Of a stretch of DNA of 64,000 nucleotides, positions 28,727 to 38,206 are shown piece by piece. Origin of the DNA: Myxococcales bacterium (GTDB lineage Bacteria > Myxococcota_A > Polyangia > Polyangiales > JAFGIB01); assembly GCA_029880325.1 (NCBI GenBank), contig JAOUOP010000018.1, positions 58,055 through 122,054 on the forward strand, given 5' to 3'. Position 1 is the first letter of the stretch. Each line of letters begins with the position of its first letter. Both the position numbers and the translations under genes were made by a program. The notes under the pieces are model-generated. The model had not been told where the DNA came from. It made no database searches and saw only the letters and a program-made list of their open reading frames with translations.

Positions 28727-28836
28727 ACCAGCGACATGGACCGCGCTGGCGAAGCGCCTGCAGGTCCGGCTTTGGTTGACAAGGCCGCTACCTGGGGGTA
28801 GGTCTCCCGCCCCTGTAATACTCCCGGAGCGATCCC

Positions 28837-29103
28837 TTGGCGAACCACGCTTCCGCGCGCAAGCGCATCCGACAGACCGAGACGATCACGCAGCGGAACA
28901 AGCACTTCCGCAGCACCACGCGCACCCACGTCAAGCGCGTGCGTGCGGCCATCAGCGCCGGCGACAAGGCGGCAGCCGAAGCGGCACTGGCGATGTGCAC
29001 CAAGCGCATCGACCAGGCGGTCCAGAAGGGCCTGTGGCACCGCAAGGCCGGCTCCCGCTACATCTCGCGCCTGACCTCCCAGGTGCGCGCGCTCGAAGGC
29101 TAG
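28837..29103 (+). CDS. rpsT: 30S ribosomal protein S20
   Basis: MANHASARKRIRQTETITQRNKHFRSTTRTHVKRV.. 88 aa, TTG start per the track. Confidence 0.95.
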   Translation: MANHASARKRIRQTETITQRNKHFRSTTRTHVKRVRAAISAGDKAAAEAALAMCTKRIDQAVQKGLWHRKAGSRYISRLTSQVRALEG

Positions 29104-29123
29104 CGCGCCCGGGGGGATCTGTT

Positions 29124-30044
29124 TCAAAGCGACTTGGGCGACGACTTGGGCGACGACTTGGGGGACGCCTCAGCTGAGGCGAAAGTCGTCGGCCTGGCGC
29201 GGCGGCGCTTCTTGCAGAAGCCGGGTCGATAGAGCCGGGGCGCGGGGCAGCCGCGGCTGTGGGGCGGGCACTCGATGCGCACGTGGAAGTGGGCGTGGTG
29301 GCCACCGACCACCTGCAGGCGATCGACCACCTCGCCAAAGCGAGCCGCATCCTCGGGATGGCGCGCCAGATGCCGGCAAACGCGGCGCTGAAAGCCCGCG
29401 CTGACGTAGATCACATCCACCATGCTGCGCTCGGGATCGGGACCGCCATCCACGAAGAGCTGCATCAACTCCAGGGTCTCGCGCAGCGCGATGGGGCACG
29501 ACGCCTCAACCCCCGGCCGACCACAATCCTCGTAGAAGTAGTGGACGTCAACGTCGAGGCCGTTGCGGTGGCTGCTGTGGACGCGACGCCCGTCGGCTTC
29601 ACGGATGGTTCCGCCATGGCGCCGCGAGAGATCGCCCACCGCCATGCTGTGGCCCGGATAGCGGGTCTGCAATGACGCGCCCACCTGCTGGATCAGCTCC
29701 ACCAGCTCGTAGGTGCCGAAGTTGCGCTTCAAGGTCGGGTTGACCAGGTCCACACCGGGCATTCCCGGTCGCAGCTCGGTGGCCTCGCGCAGACGCGCGC
29801 GACGATCGGTGCGGCGATCGTCGACGGGCTGGTGGGGAGCGCCCAGCGCCTGGACGACCGGCGACGGATTCGGAAAATAGGCCGTCAGCTCGTGCACGTC
29901 CGGACCGGGCTGCGGCAGCCGCGCCACGATCTCCAGGGCCTGCAGCACCACCGGCGCCGAAGCGCCGCCAGCTCCCGAGACCAGGCTGGCAAAGCCGGCG
30001 AGAACCAGGCCGAAGAGCAGCGCGGGCCTACGGAACAACGGCAT
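29124..30044 (-). CDS. mepA: Penicillin-insensitive murein endopeptidase (peptidase M74, MepA-like), paralogue 1
   Basis: Signal MPLFRRPALLFGLVLAGFASLVSG. ..HSSHRNGLDVDVHYF.. and ..HHAHFHVRIECP.. are metal ligand motifs. Only the last 306 codons of track ORF 29124..31082 look real. The C-terminal tail is SPKSSPKSSPKSL. Confidence 0.8.
   Translation of the reverse strand: MPLFRRPALLFGLVLAGFASLVSGAGGASAPVVLQALEIVARLPQPGPDVHELTAYFPNPSPVVQALGAPHQPVDDRRTDRRARLREATELRPGMPGVDLVNPTLKRNFGTYELVELIQQVGASLQTRYPGHSMAVGDLSRRHGGTIREADGRRVHSSHRNGLDVDVHYFYEDCGRPGVEASCPIALRETLELMQLFVDGGPDPERSMVDVIYVSAGFQRRVCRHLARHPEDAARFGEVVDRLQVVGGHHAHFHVRIECPPHSRGCPAPRLYRPGFCKKRRRARPTTFASAEASPKSSPKSSPKSL
29130..29165. repeat. 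In-frame 12-bp tandem repeat x3 (cgacttgggcga)
   Basis: Read directly. It encodes the (SPKS)3 tail of the MepA-like protein. Confidence 0.8.
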
Positions 30045-30184
30045 CGCGACGGTTTTCCACAGCGCACCCCGCGCTGGCAATGGCCACGGGGCATTTAAGT
30101 ACCAAAATTGCACATTTTTCGGTGCTGCGATCCCATGCTGGAGACGACGACGCTCGTTGACCGACGATCCGTCGGCCCGCGCGC

Positions 30185-31339
30185 TCAATCGCAGCGCGTG
30201 CGCAGGCGGCGATGGGGCTCGGGCTCGAGCGACAGCGGCAGGTGCACATCCACACTGCCGCTGGGTTCGGGCGCCGGGAAGCGAAGGGAGGTGGCGGCGT
30301 CGAGCACGCAAGCGCCCAGACGGGCGTCGCCGATCGCGTCCCCCAGCAGGCAGCCTCGCTCCACCTTGCCGCCCGGCCCCACCCGCAGCGCCATCGAAAG
30401 CCGCCCCCCGACGGCGGCCGCCCCCCGGGCCTGCGCCATGCACGCCGCGGCGGCCTGCTGCAGCGGCGCAAGGGCCGCGACGACCGCCTCCCGCGGCAGG
30501 TCCCCGAAGGCCGCGTCGGCCGCCAGCTCCGGCAGGCCGTCGGGGCAGCGCTGGAGCGCTGGCGGCGGGGTCTCGCCGGGCAGCTCCGTGCCCTTGGGCA
30601 GCAGCACCGAGAGGGCTACGGAGCGCCCGGCCGGCAGCTGGTAGAGCAGCTGATCGAGGACCTCGACTGAAATGGCCGCATCGGCGCTGACATAGAGGGC
30701 GCGCTCGACGCCCCCCGTTGCCGACTCCACCGTGAGCAGGCGTGACACCACCTGGTCGGGCCGCAGGGGGCCATCTTCGGTGGTCGCCTGGCGCTCGCCA
30801 TAGCGCAGGAAGACACCGTCGGCGGTCAGCGCCAGCAGCGCCAAACGCTGGTCCGGCGCCTGCGGCGGCGTTGCGGTGAAGGCCGCCGCCACTTGCCGGC
30901 CGCCGGACGAGTCGCCGGACGAGCCGCCCGCGAGCACGCCCCAGGCACTCAAAATGGCCACCGGCCCCCGGTCGCGCTCGAGCCGATCGGCCAGACGCGC
31001 GGGCGGCTCGGGCAGCTGGTCGAGGGCGGGCATGAGCGGGGCGTGCAACACGAATGCGTCGCCGCGCCGGCCCAGGATGCAATCGGCTCCGGAAGCGCCA
31101 CCGCCGTGGCGAAGCAGCCCTCGGGCCAGGCGCAGCAGGGCGGCGAAGTCGGAGTCGGTGCCGAGATCGCGCGCGGGTGGCGGCGTGGACGCAGTCTTGG
31201 ATTCGGCCGCGAGCTCACCGCCGACCGTGGCCGCGGCAGCCTGCGGCGGTGCTTCGGTCGCCGGCTGCCCCGGATCCTTGGGCTGCGACCCGGAGCAGGC
31301 GCAGGCGATGACCAACAGCGGCGAAACCAGCCGATGCAT
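30185..31339 (-). CDS. Lipoprotein with an AgmX/PglI-type (TonB-C-like) C-terminal domain
   Basis: MHRLVSPLLVIACACSG (lipobox) at 31339. The C-terminus, ..AAAACMAQARGAAAVGGRLSMALRVGPGGKVERGCLLGDAIGDARLGACVLDAATSLRFPAP..VDVHLPLSL, fits the myxobacterial AgmX/PglI tail pattern. Confidence 0.7.
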   Translation of the reverse strand: MHRLVSPLLVIACACSGSQPKDPGQPATEAPPQAAAATVGGELAAESKTASTPPPARDLGTDSDFAALLRLARGLLRHGGGASGADCILGRRGDAFVLHAPLMPALDQLPEPPARLADRLERDRGPVAILSAWGVLAGGSSGDSSGGRQVAAAFTATPPQAPDQRLALLALTADGVFLRYGERQATTEDGPLRPDQVVSRLLTVESATGGVERALYVSADAAISVEVLDQLLYQLPAGRSVALSVLLPKGTELPGETPPPALQRCPDGLPELAADAAFGDLPREAVVAALAPLQQAAAACMAQARGAAAVGGRLSMALRVGPGGKVERGCLLGDAIGDARLGACVLDAATSLRFPAPEPSGSVDVHLPLSLEPEPHRRLRTRCD

Positions 31340-31425
31340 GGCGCCACCATAGCAGCCGCCGGGGAGCTGGCGCGCCATTCCCCGAAAAGTTGCTGTGATC
31401 AAGGCACCGGTGCATAGCTCGAAGG

Positions 31426-32292
31426 GTGATGGCGAGAGGATGGCTGCAGTCGCGCGCCACTGGACGCCGCCCGCTCCGATGGCTGCTGCCATTCGCGCTG
31501 GTGCTGTGGGCGGGCTCGGGAGTGAGCGCGAGTCCCGGCGGCCAGGGTCGCCCCCTGGCCGCCACCGAGGTGAACCTACGCCCGCCACCGGGGCTGCGCA
31601 GCCGCTCGCTGGGCGCGGCCCATCGCGGAACGCTGGTCAATGGCATGAAAGTCCGCGAGTCCGCGTACCTGCGCTACGTGGGCGAGTACGCCCGGGGCGG
31701 CAATTTCTACGGCACCTGGGAGCTGGTGCAGCTGCTCGAACGGGCCGCGCGGCGCGTGGCCTTTCGGCTGCCTGGCGCCAAGCTCTCCATCGGCGAGCTG
31801 TCAGCCCAGGACGGTGGCCGCCTCGACGGCCATCGCTCCCACCGAAGCGGCCGCGACGCCGACATCGGCTTTTACCTGACGCTGCCCGACGGCCGCCCCT
31901 ACTACACCCACTCCTTCGCGGATATGGACGGCCGCGGCCGCGGCATGGCCCCCAACGGCTACCTGCGCTTCGACGACGCCCGCAACTGGGAGCTGGTCGC
32001 CAAGCTGGTGACCGACGGCGAAGCGCGCGTGCAGTACATCTTCGTCTCCGAACCGCTCAAGGCCCGGATCCTGCGCGAAGGGGAAAAGCGCGGCGCCCAC
32101 CGGCAAGTCCTCGAGCGCGTGCGCGCGGTGCTGGTCGAGCCCAACCACGGTCACCCCCACCAAAACCACTTCCACGTGCGCATCTACTGCGCCCCGGCCG
32201 ACCGCGGCCGCTGCGAAGACCGGCCGCCCTATTGGCCCTGGTACCCCGGGAGCCCACCGGGCGGCGTCTATTCCACGCTTTCCAGACCTTAG
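31426..32292 (+). CDS. mepA: Penicillin-insensitive murein endopeptidase (peptidase M74, MepA-like), paralogue 2
   Basis: Signal ..LRWLLPFALVLWAGSGVSA. ..GHRSHRSGRDADIGFY.. and ..HQNHFHVRIYCAP.. motifs. Confidence 0.85.
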   Translation: MMARGWLQSRATGRRPLRWLLPFALVLWAGSGVSASPGGQGRPLAATEVNLRPPPGLRSRSLGAAHRGTLVNGMKVRESAYLRYVGEYARGGNFYGTWELVQLLERAARRVAFRLPGAKLSIGELSAQDGGRLDGHRSHRSGRDADIGFYLTLPDGRPYYTHSFADMDGRGRGMAPNGYLRFDDARNWELVAKLVTDGEARVQYIFVSEPLKARILREGEKRGAHRQVLERVRAVLVEPNHGHPHQNHFHVRIYCAPADRGRCEDRPPYWPWYPGSPPGGVYSTLSRP

Positions 32293-32381
32293 GGCTCGCA
32301 CGGGCCTTGAGTCGCAGCAGCACAACTCCCGGCATTGCTACGGGATGGCGCCGCCCGGCGGCCTCTGACACACTTGGGGCC

Positions 32382-33047
32382 ATGGTGAGCCCGGGTCCTC
32401 TCAGGGATTCGCGGAAGAGCCGGGCGCTTTGGCGCGCGGCTGCGGCGTTGGTCTGCGGACTGCTCGCCGCCGCGACACCCATCGCGCGCGCCGGGGGCGA
32501 GGGAGGCCTGAGCCCGACCGAGCTTGCGCGACTGCAGAAGGGCGAGCTGGTCCAGCGCCCGGTGCGCGAGCAACGCGGCGACATGGAGCTGATGGGCGGC
32601 AGCAGCTACCAGGTGATCGACGCCAGACCCGAGATCGTCTGGCAGGCCCTGCTCGACACCAGCCACTACGATCGCATGCTGCCCCAGCTGGCCGAGGCCC
32701 GGGTGCTCAGCGAGCAGGGCGACGCGCGCAAGGTGTTCATGCGCCACACCACCGCCGGGCTCGTCGACACCAGCTACTACCTGGACCTCAAGCTCGACCA
32801 CGCCCAGCGCGATCTGGCCTTCCGCGTCGACGAGAGCAAGGACAACGGTATCCGCGCCGCCTGGGGCTTCTACACCGTGCGCCCCCACCCCGGCGGCAAG
32901 TCGCTGCTGGCCTACGCCGTGATGGCCGACATCGGCCAAGGGCTGGGCGTGGCCGTGGTCCGGGGCACCGTGCACACCTGGATGCTGAAGGTGCCGTGGA
33001 TGGTCAAGCGCTTCGTCGAGGGCAGCGGCCGCCACATCTACCACTGA
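32382..33047 (+). CDS. Secreted SRPBCC (START/polyketide-cyclase-like) family protein
   Basis: The ATG at 32382 lies within track ORF 31395..33047. Signal ..ALWRAAAALVCGLLAAATPIARA. ..YQVIDARPEIVWQALLDTSHYDRMLPQLAEARVL.. is typical of SRPBCC. Confidence 0.7.
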   Translation: MVSPGPLRDSRKSRALWRAAAALVCGLLAAATPIARAGGEGGLSPTELARLQKGELVQRPVREQRGDMELMGGSSYQVIDARPEIVWQALLDTSHYDRMLPQLAEARVLSEQGDARKVFMRHTTAGLVDTSYYLDLKLDHAQRDLAFRVDESKDNGIRAAWGFYTVRPHPGGKSLLAYAVMADIGQGLGVAVVRGTVHTWMLKVPWMVKRFVEGSGRHIYH

Positions 33048-33193
33048 GCCGCGGGCATCGGCCCCACACACACTCCTCGGATGGCAACATAAAGCCCTGT
33101 GTTGTCAGGGATTTATGGGTGCGCATTTTTCGTCCAAGCCCCTGGTCAACCGGGGCATGTGGGGTATGGTAGGGGACAAGTCCGAAAGGTGGA

Positions 33194-34462
33194 GTGATGA
33201 ACAGGCTGCGAACCCTACGCGCCCGGAGCCGTGCCTGCCTGGCGCTGTTCTGTATGGCGGCAATCGTTTCATGTGGCGGGGGCGACGAAGACGGTCGAAC
33301 CGGCAGCGGCGGCCTGAGCAGCGGCGGCACCGGCACGGGCTTCGGCAACCCGGAGTCCAGCGGCGCCAGTGGCGCCGGCAGCGGCTTCGGCAATCCGACC
33401 GCCACGGTGACGGGAACCGCCGACAATGTTGCCAACGAACCCTGCGCCTCGGCCAATGTGCGCACCACCCGGGCCCAGCCGACGATCGAGTTCGTCGTCG
33501 ACGGCTCGGGCAGCATGTGTGCCGTGTTCGGCCCCCAGACGCGCTGGACCGCGCTGCGTTCGGCGCTGCTCGACCCGGTCGAGGGGCTGATCTATCGACT
33601 GCAGCAGACGGTGGTCTTCGGCTCGGTGATCTACGACGGCACCATCGATCAATTTCTGGCCCTCGGCGCTGTGGGCACCCCCTCTCCGCCCTGCGCCTCG
33701 AACTACCTCCAGATGAAAGCCGCCGGCGAGTGTCCCCAGCTGGTCGACGTGCCGCCGGCGCTCAACAACGCCGCCGCCATCGACGCCGGCTTCCCGCAGG
33801 TCGAGCTGGGCGGCTCGACGCCCACCGACCGCGCCCTGATGTGGACCATGGACCGCCTGATCGAGCAGCAGGTGAGCGGACCCGACACGGAGATGGAGCC
33901 CCAGTACGTGATCCTGGCCACCGACGGCGCGCCCAACGACATCTGCGTCGGTGGCCTCGGCGGCGACGGCAGCATCCAGCGCCAGAACGTGCTGGCCGAG
34001 GTGGACCGCGGCGCCGCCAACGGCATCCGCACCTTTGTGATCAGCCTGGCGGGCAACGACCCGAACCTGCAGGCCCACCTCGACGAGGTCGCGCGCCACG
34101 GCGATCCCGGCAACCCCAACGCCGTGACCTACAATCCCACGAACAAGGCCGACCTGGTCTCGGCCCTGGCCAAGCTGGTGGGCGGCGCCGTCGGCTGTGA
34201 CATCTTCCTCGACAACGGCACCGTGAAGGCCGGCTCCGAGTGCACCGGCGAGGTCACCCTCAGCGGCAACCACCTGCCCTGCTGCACCGGCGCCCCCGGC
34301 GCCTACACCTGCGACGGCGTGCCCATGGCCGACGCCAACGGCTGGCGCCTCAAGGACGAGCGCACCCTGGAGCTGATGGGTCTGACCTGCCTCGACTTCC
34401 TGAATTCGACTGAGACCAGCCTGCTGGCGGAGTTCCCCTGCGGCGTCTTCGTTCCGGACTGA
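33194..34462 (+). CDS. von Willebrand factor A (vWA) domain lipoprotein
   Basis: Lipobox AAIVSCGGG. Gly/Ser-rich linker. MIDAS VVDGSGSM.., ..ILATDGAPND.. Cys-containing C-terminal domain. Confidence 0.85.
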   Translation: MMNRLRTLRARSRACLALFCMAAIVSCGGGDEDGRTGSGGLSSGGTGTGFGNPESSGASGAGSGFGNPTATVTGTADNVANEPCASANVRTTRAQPTIEFVVDGSGSMCAVFGPQTRWTALRSALLDPVEGLIYRLQQTVVFGSVIYDGTIDQFLALGAVGTPSPPCASNYLQMKAAGECPQLVDVPPALNNAAAIDAGFPQVELGGSTPTDRALMWTMDRLIEQQVSGPDTEMEPQYVILATDGAPNDICVGGLGGDGSIQRQNVLAEVDRGAANGIRTFVISLAGNDPNLQAHLDEVARHGDPGNPNAVTYNPTNKADLVSALAKLVGGAVGCDIFLDNGTVKAGSECTGEVTLSGNHLPCCTGAPGAYTCDGVPMADANGWRLKDERTLELMGLTCLDFLNSTETSLLAEFPCGVFVPD

Positions 34463-34487
34463 GGCTTCGTCTCCGGGTGACGGTGAG

Positions 34488-35378
34488 CTACAGCCCCTGC
34501 TCCAGACGGCGCTCCGAGAACTGACTCTCGGTAACGCTGGCCTGGTTGAACTTCATGGTGTTGGTCTCGAGCAGGGTCTGCGAATCCACCTTGCCGCCGC
34601 GCACGGTGCGCACGGCCAGACGCTTGGCGACCCAAATGCCGTCGATCTTTTCGAAGTTGCTGAACTTCATGTACTTCAGCTTCTTGCCCTCTTTGACCCA
34701 GGCCTTGACCTGTACAGGCATCAGCTTGCTCTTGCTGATCCAGGTGTGGGTCTTGACGTAGCCGGTCTCCTTCTTTTCCTTTTCGCTGCGCGGTCGCGCC
34801 TCCAGCAGCCAGCAGTCCTCGCCGTCGACCTTCACGCTCTGTTCGATGATCGCGTAGTCGTACTGCTCGGGGTCCTTCTTGGTCATGTCCGAATAGGTCA
34901 GGTCGGTGCCCATGAAGGAGCCGCTGCGGTCGGAGGTCGAGATGCGCGTGGACTTGTGCAGACTCGGCAAATAGAGCCACTGGTCGTCTTCTTTTTTGCC
35001 GTCGTCGAAGTCCACCGACAAAAGGCCCGTGTTGCGCACGTCGGCGGGGGCTTCGAAGAAGATGATGCTGCGGGTGCCCCCGTCGAACTTCAGGCTCTGC
35101 TGGTTGAGCTTGCGCACGCGCTTGCGACCGGCCGCATCCTGCAGCGTGAGGGTGACGCGCGAGACGATGCGGTCGCCGCTCTCGCGGTCCTCGACGGCCT
35201 TGGCGATGGCGCGGGCATCTTTGGTGTTGGGATCGAGCGCCAGAGCCGGCGCGGCCAGCGAAGAGAGCAGGCCGGCGCCCAGTGCCACGCGGGCGGCGGT
35301 GCCGCGCAAAAGTGCGCGTAGCAGGGGGAAGTTCGCTTGGGACGCAGGGAGCAGCTTGTGTAGGCGGTGATACGACAC
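34488..35378 (-). CDS. Outer-membrane lipoprotein-sorting (LolA-like) protein
   Basis: ..RSIIFFEAPADVRNTGLLSV..DDQWLYLPSLHKSTRISTSDRSGSFMGTDLTYSDM.. is the LolA_like family signature. It sits just downstream of an RND/MMPL gene, the usual pairing. Confidence 0.8.
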   Translation of the reverse strand: MSYHRLHKLLPASQANFPLLRALLRGTAARVALGAGLLSSLAAPALALDPNTKDARAIAKAVEDRESGDRIVSRVTLTLQDAAGRKRVRKLNQQSLKFDGGTRSIIFFEAPADVRNTGLLSVDFDDGKKEDDQWLYLPSLHKSTRISTSDRSGSFMGTDLTYSDMTKKDPEQYDYAIIEQSVKVDGEDCWLLEARPRSEKEKKETGYVKTHTWISKSKLMPVQVKAWVKEGKKLKYMKFSNFEKIDGIWVAKRLAVRTVRGGKVDSQTLLETNTMKFNQASVTESQFSERRLEQGL

Positions 35379-35408
35379 GTTTCGGTCCTCTCTGGAGATG
35401 CTCGGCTT

Positions 35409-38063
35409 TTACGACGTGCGGTGACGGTAAAAACTTCTAAGCAGGGCGGGTGTGAAAATCAGGTCGACGAGCAGCGCCAGCAACAGGCTCAGGCCGACCA
35501 AGAGCCCAAAGCGCTGCAAGTTGTACATGCTGGCCGCCAGGAAGACCATGAAGCCGGCCACCAGCACGATGGAGGTGGTGATCATGGCGCGGCCGGCGTG
35601 GGAGAAGGAGTGGGCCAGGGCCGACTCCACGTCCTCGTGGTGGTGAATGTGGGAGCGAAATTGGTGCAAAAAATGGATCGTGTCGTCGACCGCGATGCCG
35701 ATGGCGATCGAGCCGATCATGATGTTGTTGAGGTCGATGGGAATGCCCGCCGCCCCCATCAAGCCCATGATCATGGCGATGGGCAGCAGATTGGGCACCA
35801 TGGCGATGAGACCCAGGCGCAGGTCGCGCAGGAGCAGCACCATCATCAGGGTGATGGTGACGAAGGCCGCGCCGAAGCTGCGCATCAGGTCGACCAGCAG
35901 ACCGCCCACCACAGTCAAGAGATTCAAGGCCGAGCCCGTGGGGCGCACGAGGGCGCGGTCGCCGATGTGCTTTTCCACGCCGGCCATGATGTGCGCGACC
36001 AGCGGTTCGTAGGCGCTGGCATCGAGCCAACGCAGGCGCACCGTCAGCACCGTGCGCCGCAGATCGATGGTGGCCAGGCGCCTCAATTGGGCGGGGCCGG
36101 CACTCTCGAAGAGGGTGACCATGTCGACCACGCCGCGCTGGGTGTCGGGTATGCGGTAGGCCTCGGACTTGGATTCGTGGACCGCCTGGTGGGTCTCGCG
36201 CACCACGTCGACGATGCTGATCACATTGCCGATCAGCTGCTCGGGCGGCGCCTGATCGGGCTTGCCGCGGGCCACGGGAAGTCCCGTGCGCGGGTCGCGG
36301 TAGGCGAAGATGTGCTCTTCGAGCCGATCGATGGCGAGCATCAGCTCGCGGTCCTTGAGCGTTTGGCCGGGTTTGGCTTCGATCAGCAGCGTCAGGTCGG
36401 AGGTGCCACCCAGGTGATCGTCGACGGCCGTGAACGCGTCTTTGATGGCGTAGCCGCCGGGAATCCAGGCCAGGGGATTGTGGTAGACGCGCATCAGTCC
36501 GATGCAGGCGATGGCCACCACCGCGATCGCCGCCGCCACCGCCAGCGTCATACGGCGGCGCCTGTGGGGATGACTCGATGCGGCAGGCGCCCTCGACAGG
36601 CCGCTGCAAAAGGCCAGAAAGCGGTCGAAGACATCCCCGCCGCCATGGGCGCCCGCGCGCAGACCGAAGAGGCTTTTTTGGTTGAAGCTGATGAGCGCGG
36701 GCAAAAAGACCAGCGTGTGCACAAGCGCCAGCATCACGCCCAGCGCACCGAAGGTGCCCATGTCCTGGATCGCATCGACCACGGCCAACCGAAAGCTCAG
36801 CAAGCCCAGGGCCGTGGTCAGGGTGGTGAAGAGCACCGGCATGGCGGTCGTGCCCAGGGCGTGCACGACCGCTTCGTGACTGCTGGCGCCGCGCCGCATG
36901 GTGTCGCGGTAGACCGACTGGATGTGCACCGAGTCGCCGATGCCCACGCACATCACGAAGGCGGGCAAGATGTTGGTGATCATGGTCATCGGCACACCGA
37001 AGAAGGCCATCGAGCCCAGCGTCCAGATCACCGCCTGCACCACCACCAAGAGCGGCCCCATCACGCCCAGTGGATGACGAAACATCAGCGCCATGAAGAC
37101 GAAGATCAGGCCGACCGCCAGGCCGCCCATGGAGGCCAGGTCGCCGAGCATCAGGTCATTGATGGCAGCGGCCAGCGCCGGCAGGCCGGCCACGTGAATG
37201 CGAAAGTCCTCGGCCTCGACCGCCGCGCACAGGCGCAGCACCTCGGCGTAGACCCGGGCCGAGTCCTGTTCGCTCATGAAGTCGGTGCGCAGCAGGATTG
37301 CCGAGTGGCTGCCGTCGGCGGAGATCACGCGCCCGACCAGCGTGCGATCGGCCAGCACCTGCGGCTCGAGGGCAGGCAGCTGCTCGGCGCCGGGCCATTC
37401 ATCCAGCAGGCCGCCGACCTGTAGCCCCCCACCCTTCCAGCGCGTCTGGCGCACGTTGATGAGCGAGGTGATCTCGTCGATCACCGTGCCGCCCTTCTCC
37501 TCGCCCCAGGCGTCGGCCTTGGGCCCATCGTCGCCCGCTGCCGCCCCGGCTTGGCCGAAATCGTCGCCGAAATCGTCACCAAAATCGTCACCGAAGCCAT
37601 CGAAGCCCTGGTCGGCGGTCCCCGCGTCGCGCTCGGCAGCGGCCTGCTCACCGGACCCGGGAACCCCGGCAGCGGTCGTTCGCCCGCGCCAGGCATCGCG
37701 CTGACTCTTGCGCTGCCCCAGGCTTTCGATCGGCAGATCGATGGCCGCCAAGGCATCGTGCAGCTTCTTCAACCGCTCCAAGTAGGCCGGCGAGAAGACG
37801 TCGCCGCCGATCAGGATCACAAAAATCTCGTCGCGGCCGAAGTCGTCGCGCAGCTGCTCGAGCACCTGAAAGGCCTCGGAGTGCGTCGACAGGAAGGCCT
37901 CGACGCTGGTGTCGACCTTGCGGTGGGCGATCGCCTGATAGGCGAAAAACGCCGAGATGCTCAGCGTGCCGAGAATCGCGAAGACGCGATAGCGCACCAC
38001 GAACTCGGCCCAACGCGTAAAGAAGGGACTCGTGGGCGCCTGATCGGGATCGTAGACCGCCAT
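35409..38063 (-). CDS. RND-superfamily / MMPL-type transporter (12 TM, two large periplasmic loops)
   Basis: 884 aa with two blocks of 5-6 TM segments, e.g. ..GDSVHIQSVY.. and ..GIAVDDTIHFLHQF.. An acidic repeat GFDGFGDDFGDDFGDDFG lies in loop 1. Confidence 0.9.
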   Translation of the reverse strand: MAVYDPDQAPTSPFFTRWAEFVVRYRVFAILGTLSISAFFAYQAIAHRKVDTSVEAFLSTHSEAFQVLEQLRDDFGRDEIFVILIGGDVFSPAYLERLKKLHDALAAIDLPIESLGQRKSQRDAWRGRTTAAGVPGSGEQAAAERDAGTADQGFDGFGDDFGDDFGDDFGQAGAAAGDDGPKADAWGEEKGGTVIDEITSLINVRQTRWKGGGLQVGGLLDEWPGAEQLPALEPQVLADRTLVGRVISADGSHSAILLRTDFMSEQDSARVYAEVLRLCAAVEAEDFRIHVAGLPALAAAINDLMLGDLASMGGLAVGLIFVFMALMFRHPLGVMGPLLVVVQAVIWTLGSMAFFGVPMTMITNILPAFVMCVGIGDSVHIQSVYRDTMRRGASSHEAVVHALGTTAMPVLFTTLTTALGLLSFRLAVVDAIQDMGTFGALGVMLALVHTLVFLPALISFNQKSLFGLRAGAHGGGDVFDRFLAFCSGLSRAPAASSHPHRRRRMTLAVAAAIAVVAIACIGLMRVYHNPLAWIPGGYAIKDAFTAVDDHLGGTSDLTLLIEAKPGQTLKDRELMLAIDRLEEHIFAYRDPRTGLPVARGKPDQAPPEQLIGNVISIVDVVRETHQAVHESKSEAYRIPDTQRGVVDMVTLFESAGPAQLRRLATIDLRRTVLTVRLRWLDASAYEPLVAHIMAGVEKHIGDRALVRPTGSALNLLTVVGGLLVDLMRSFGAAFVTITLMMVLLLRDLRLGLIAMVPNLLPIAMIMGLMGAAGIPIDLNNIMIGSIAIGIAVDDTIHFLHQFRSHIHHHEDVESALAHSFSHAGRAMITTSIVLVAGFMVFLAASMYNLQRFGLLVGLSLLLALLVDLIFTPALLRSFYRHRTS
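37554..37601. repeat. In-frame 12-bp tandem repeat (gccgaaatcgtc x2 plus two degenerate units)
   Basis: Read directly. It encodes (GDDF)n in the RND transporter loop. Confidence 0.8.
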
Positions 38064-38206
38064 CGGGAAGCCAAGGATGCGCCCGCTGTGTAGCGCAGTT
38101 CTTTTTTGGGGTCATACGCCGAATTGACGCAACCGGCGGGGGCCACTGGCCGATGAGTGAGAGGCAGCCGGGCAGCCACCTGCCCGCACGCCCAAGGAGA
38201 ACCGCC

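Noticed and set aside
28776-28804. rpsT promoter TTGACA (28776-28781), 17 nt, then TAGGTC
   Set aside because: The -35 is perfect but the -10 candidate is poor, and an alternative TAATAC box downstream has no matching -35. This is not enough to call a feature.
29124-31082. 652-aa and 550-aa track ORFs (29124..31082 and 31395..33047) and the 590-aa ORF 19819..21591 as full-length proteins
   Set aside because: Only the distal parts are protein-like (MepA-like from 30044, SRPBCC from 32382, LeuC from 21234). The long N-terminal extensions are Arg/Pro-rich and overlap neighbouring real genes.
37554-37601. Short tandem repeats here and at 29130, 62517 and 16456 as possible CRISPR or regulatory arrays
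   Set aside because: The units are 9-12 bp with no spacers, and they lie in frame inside well-supported coding regions.
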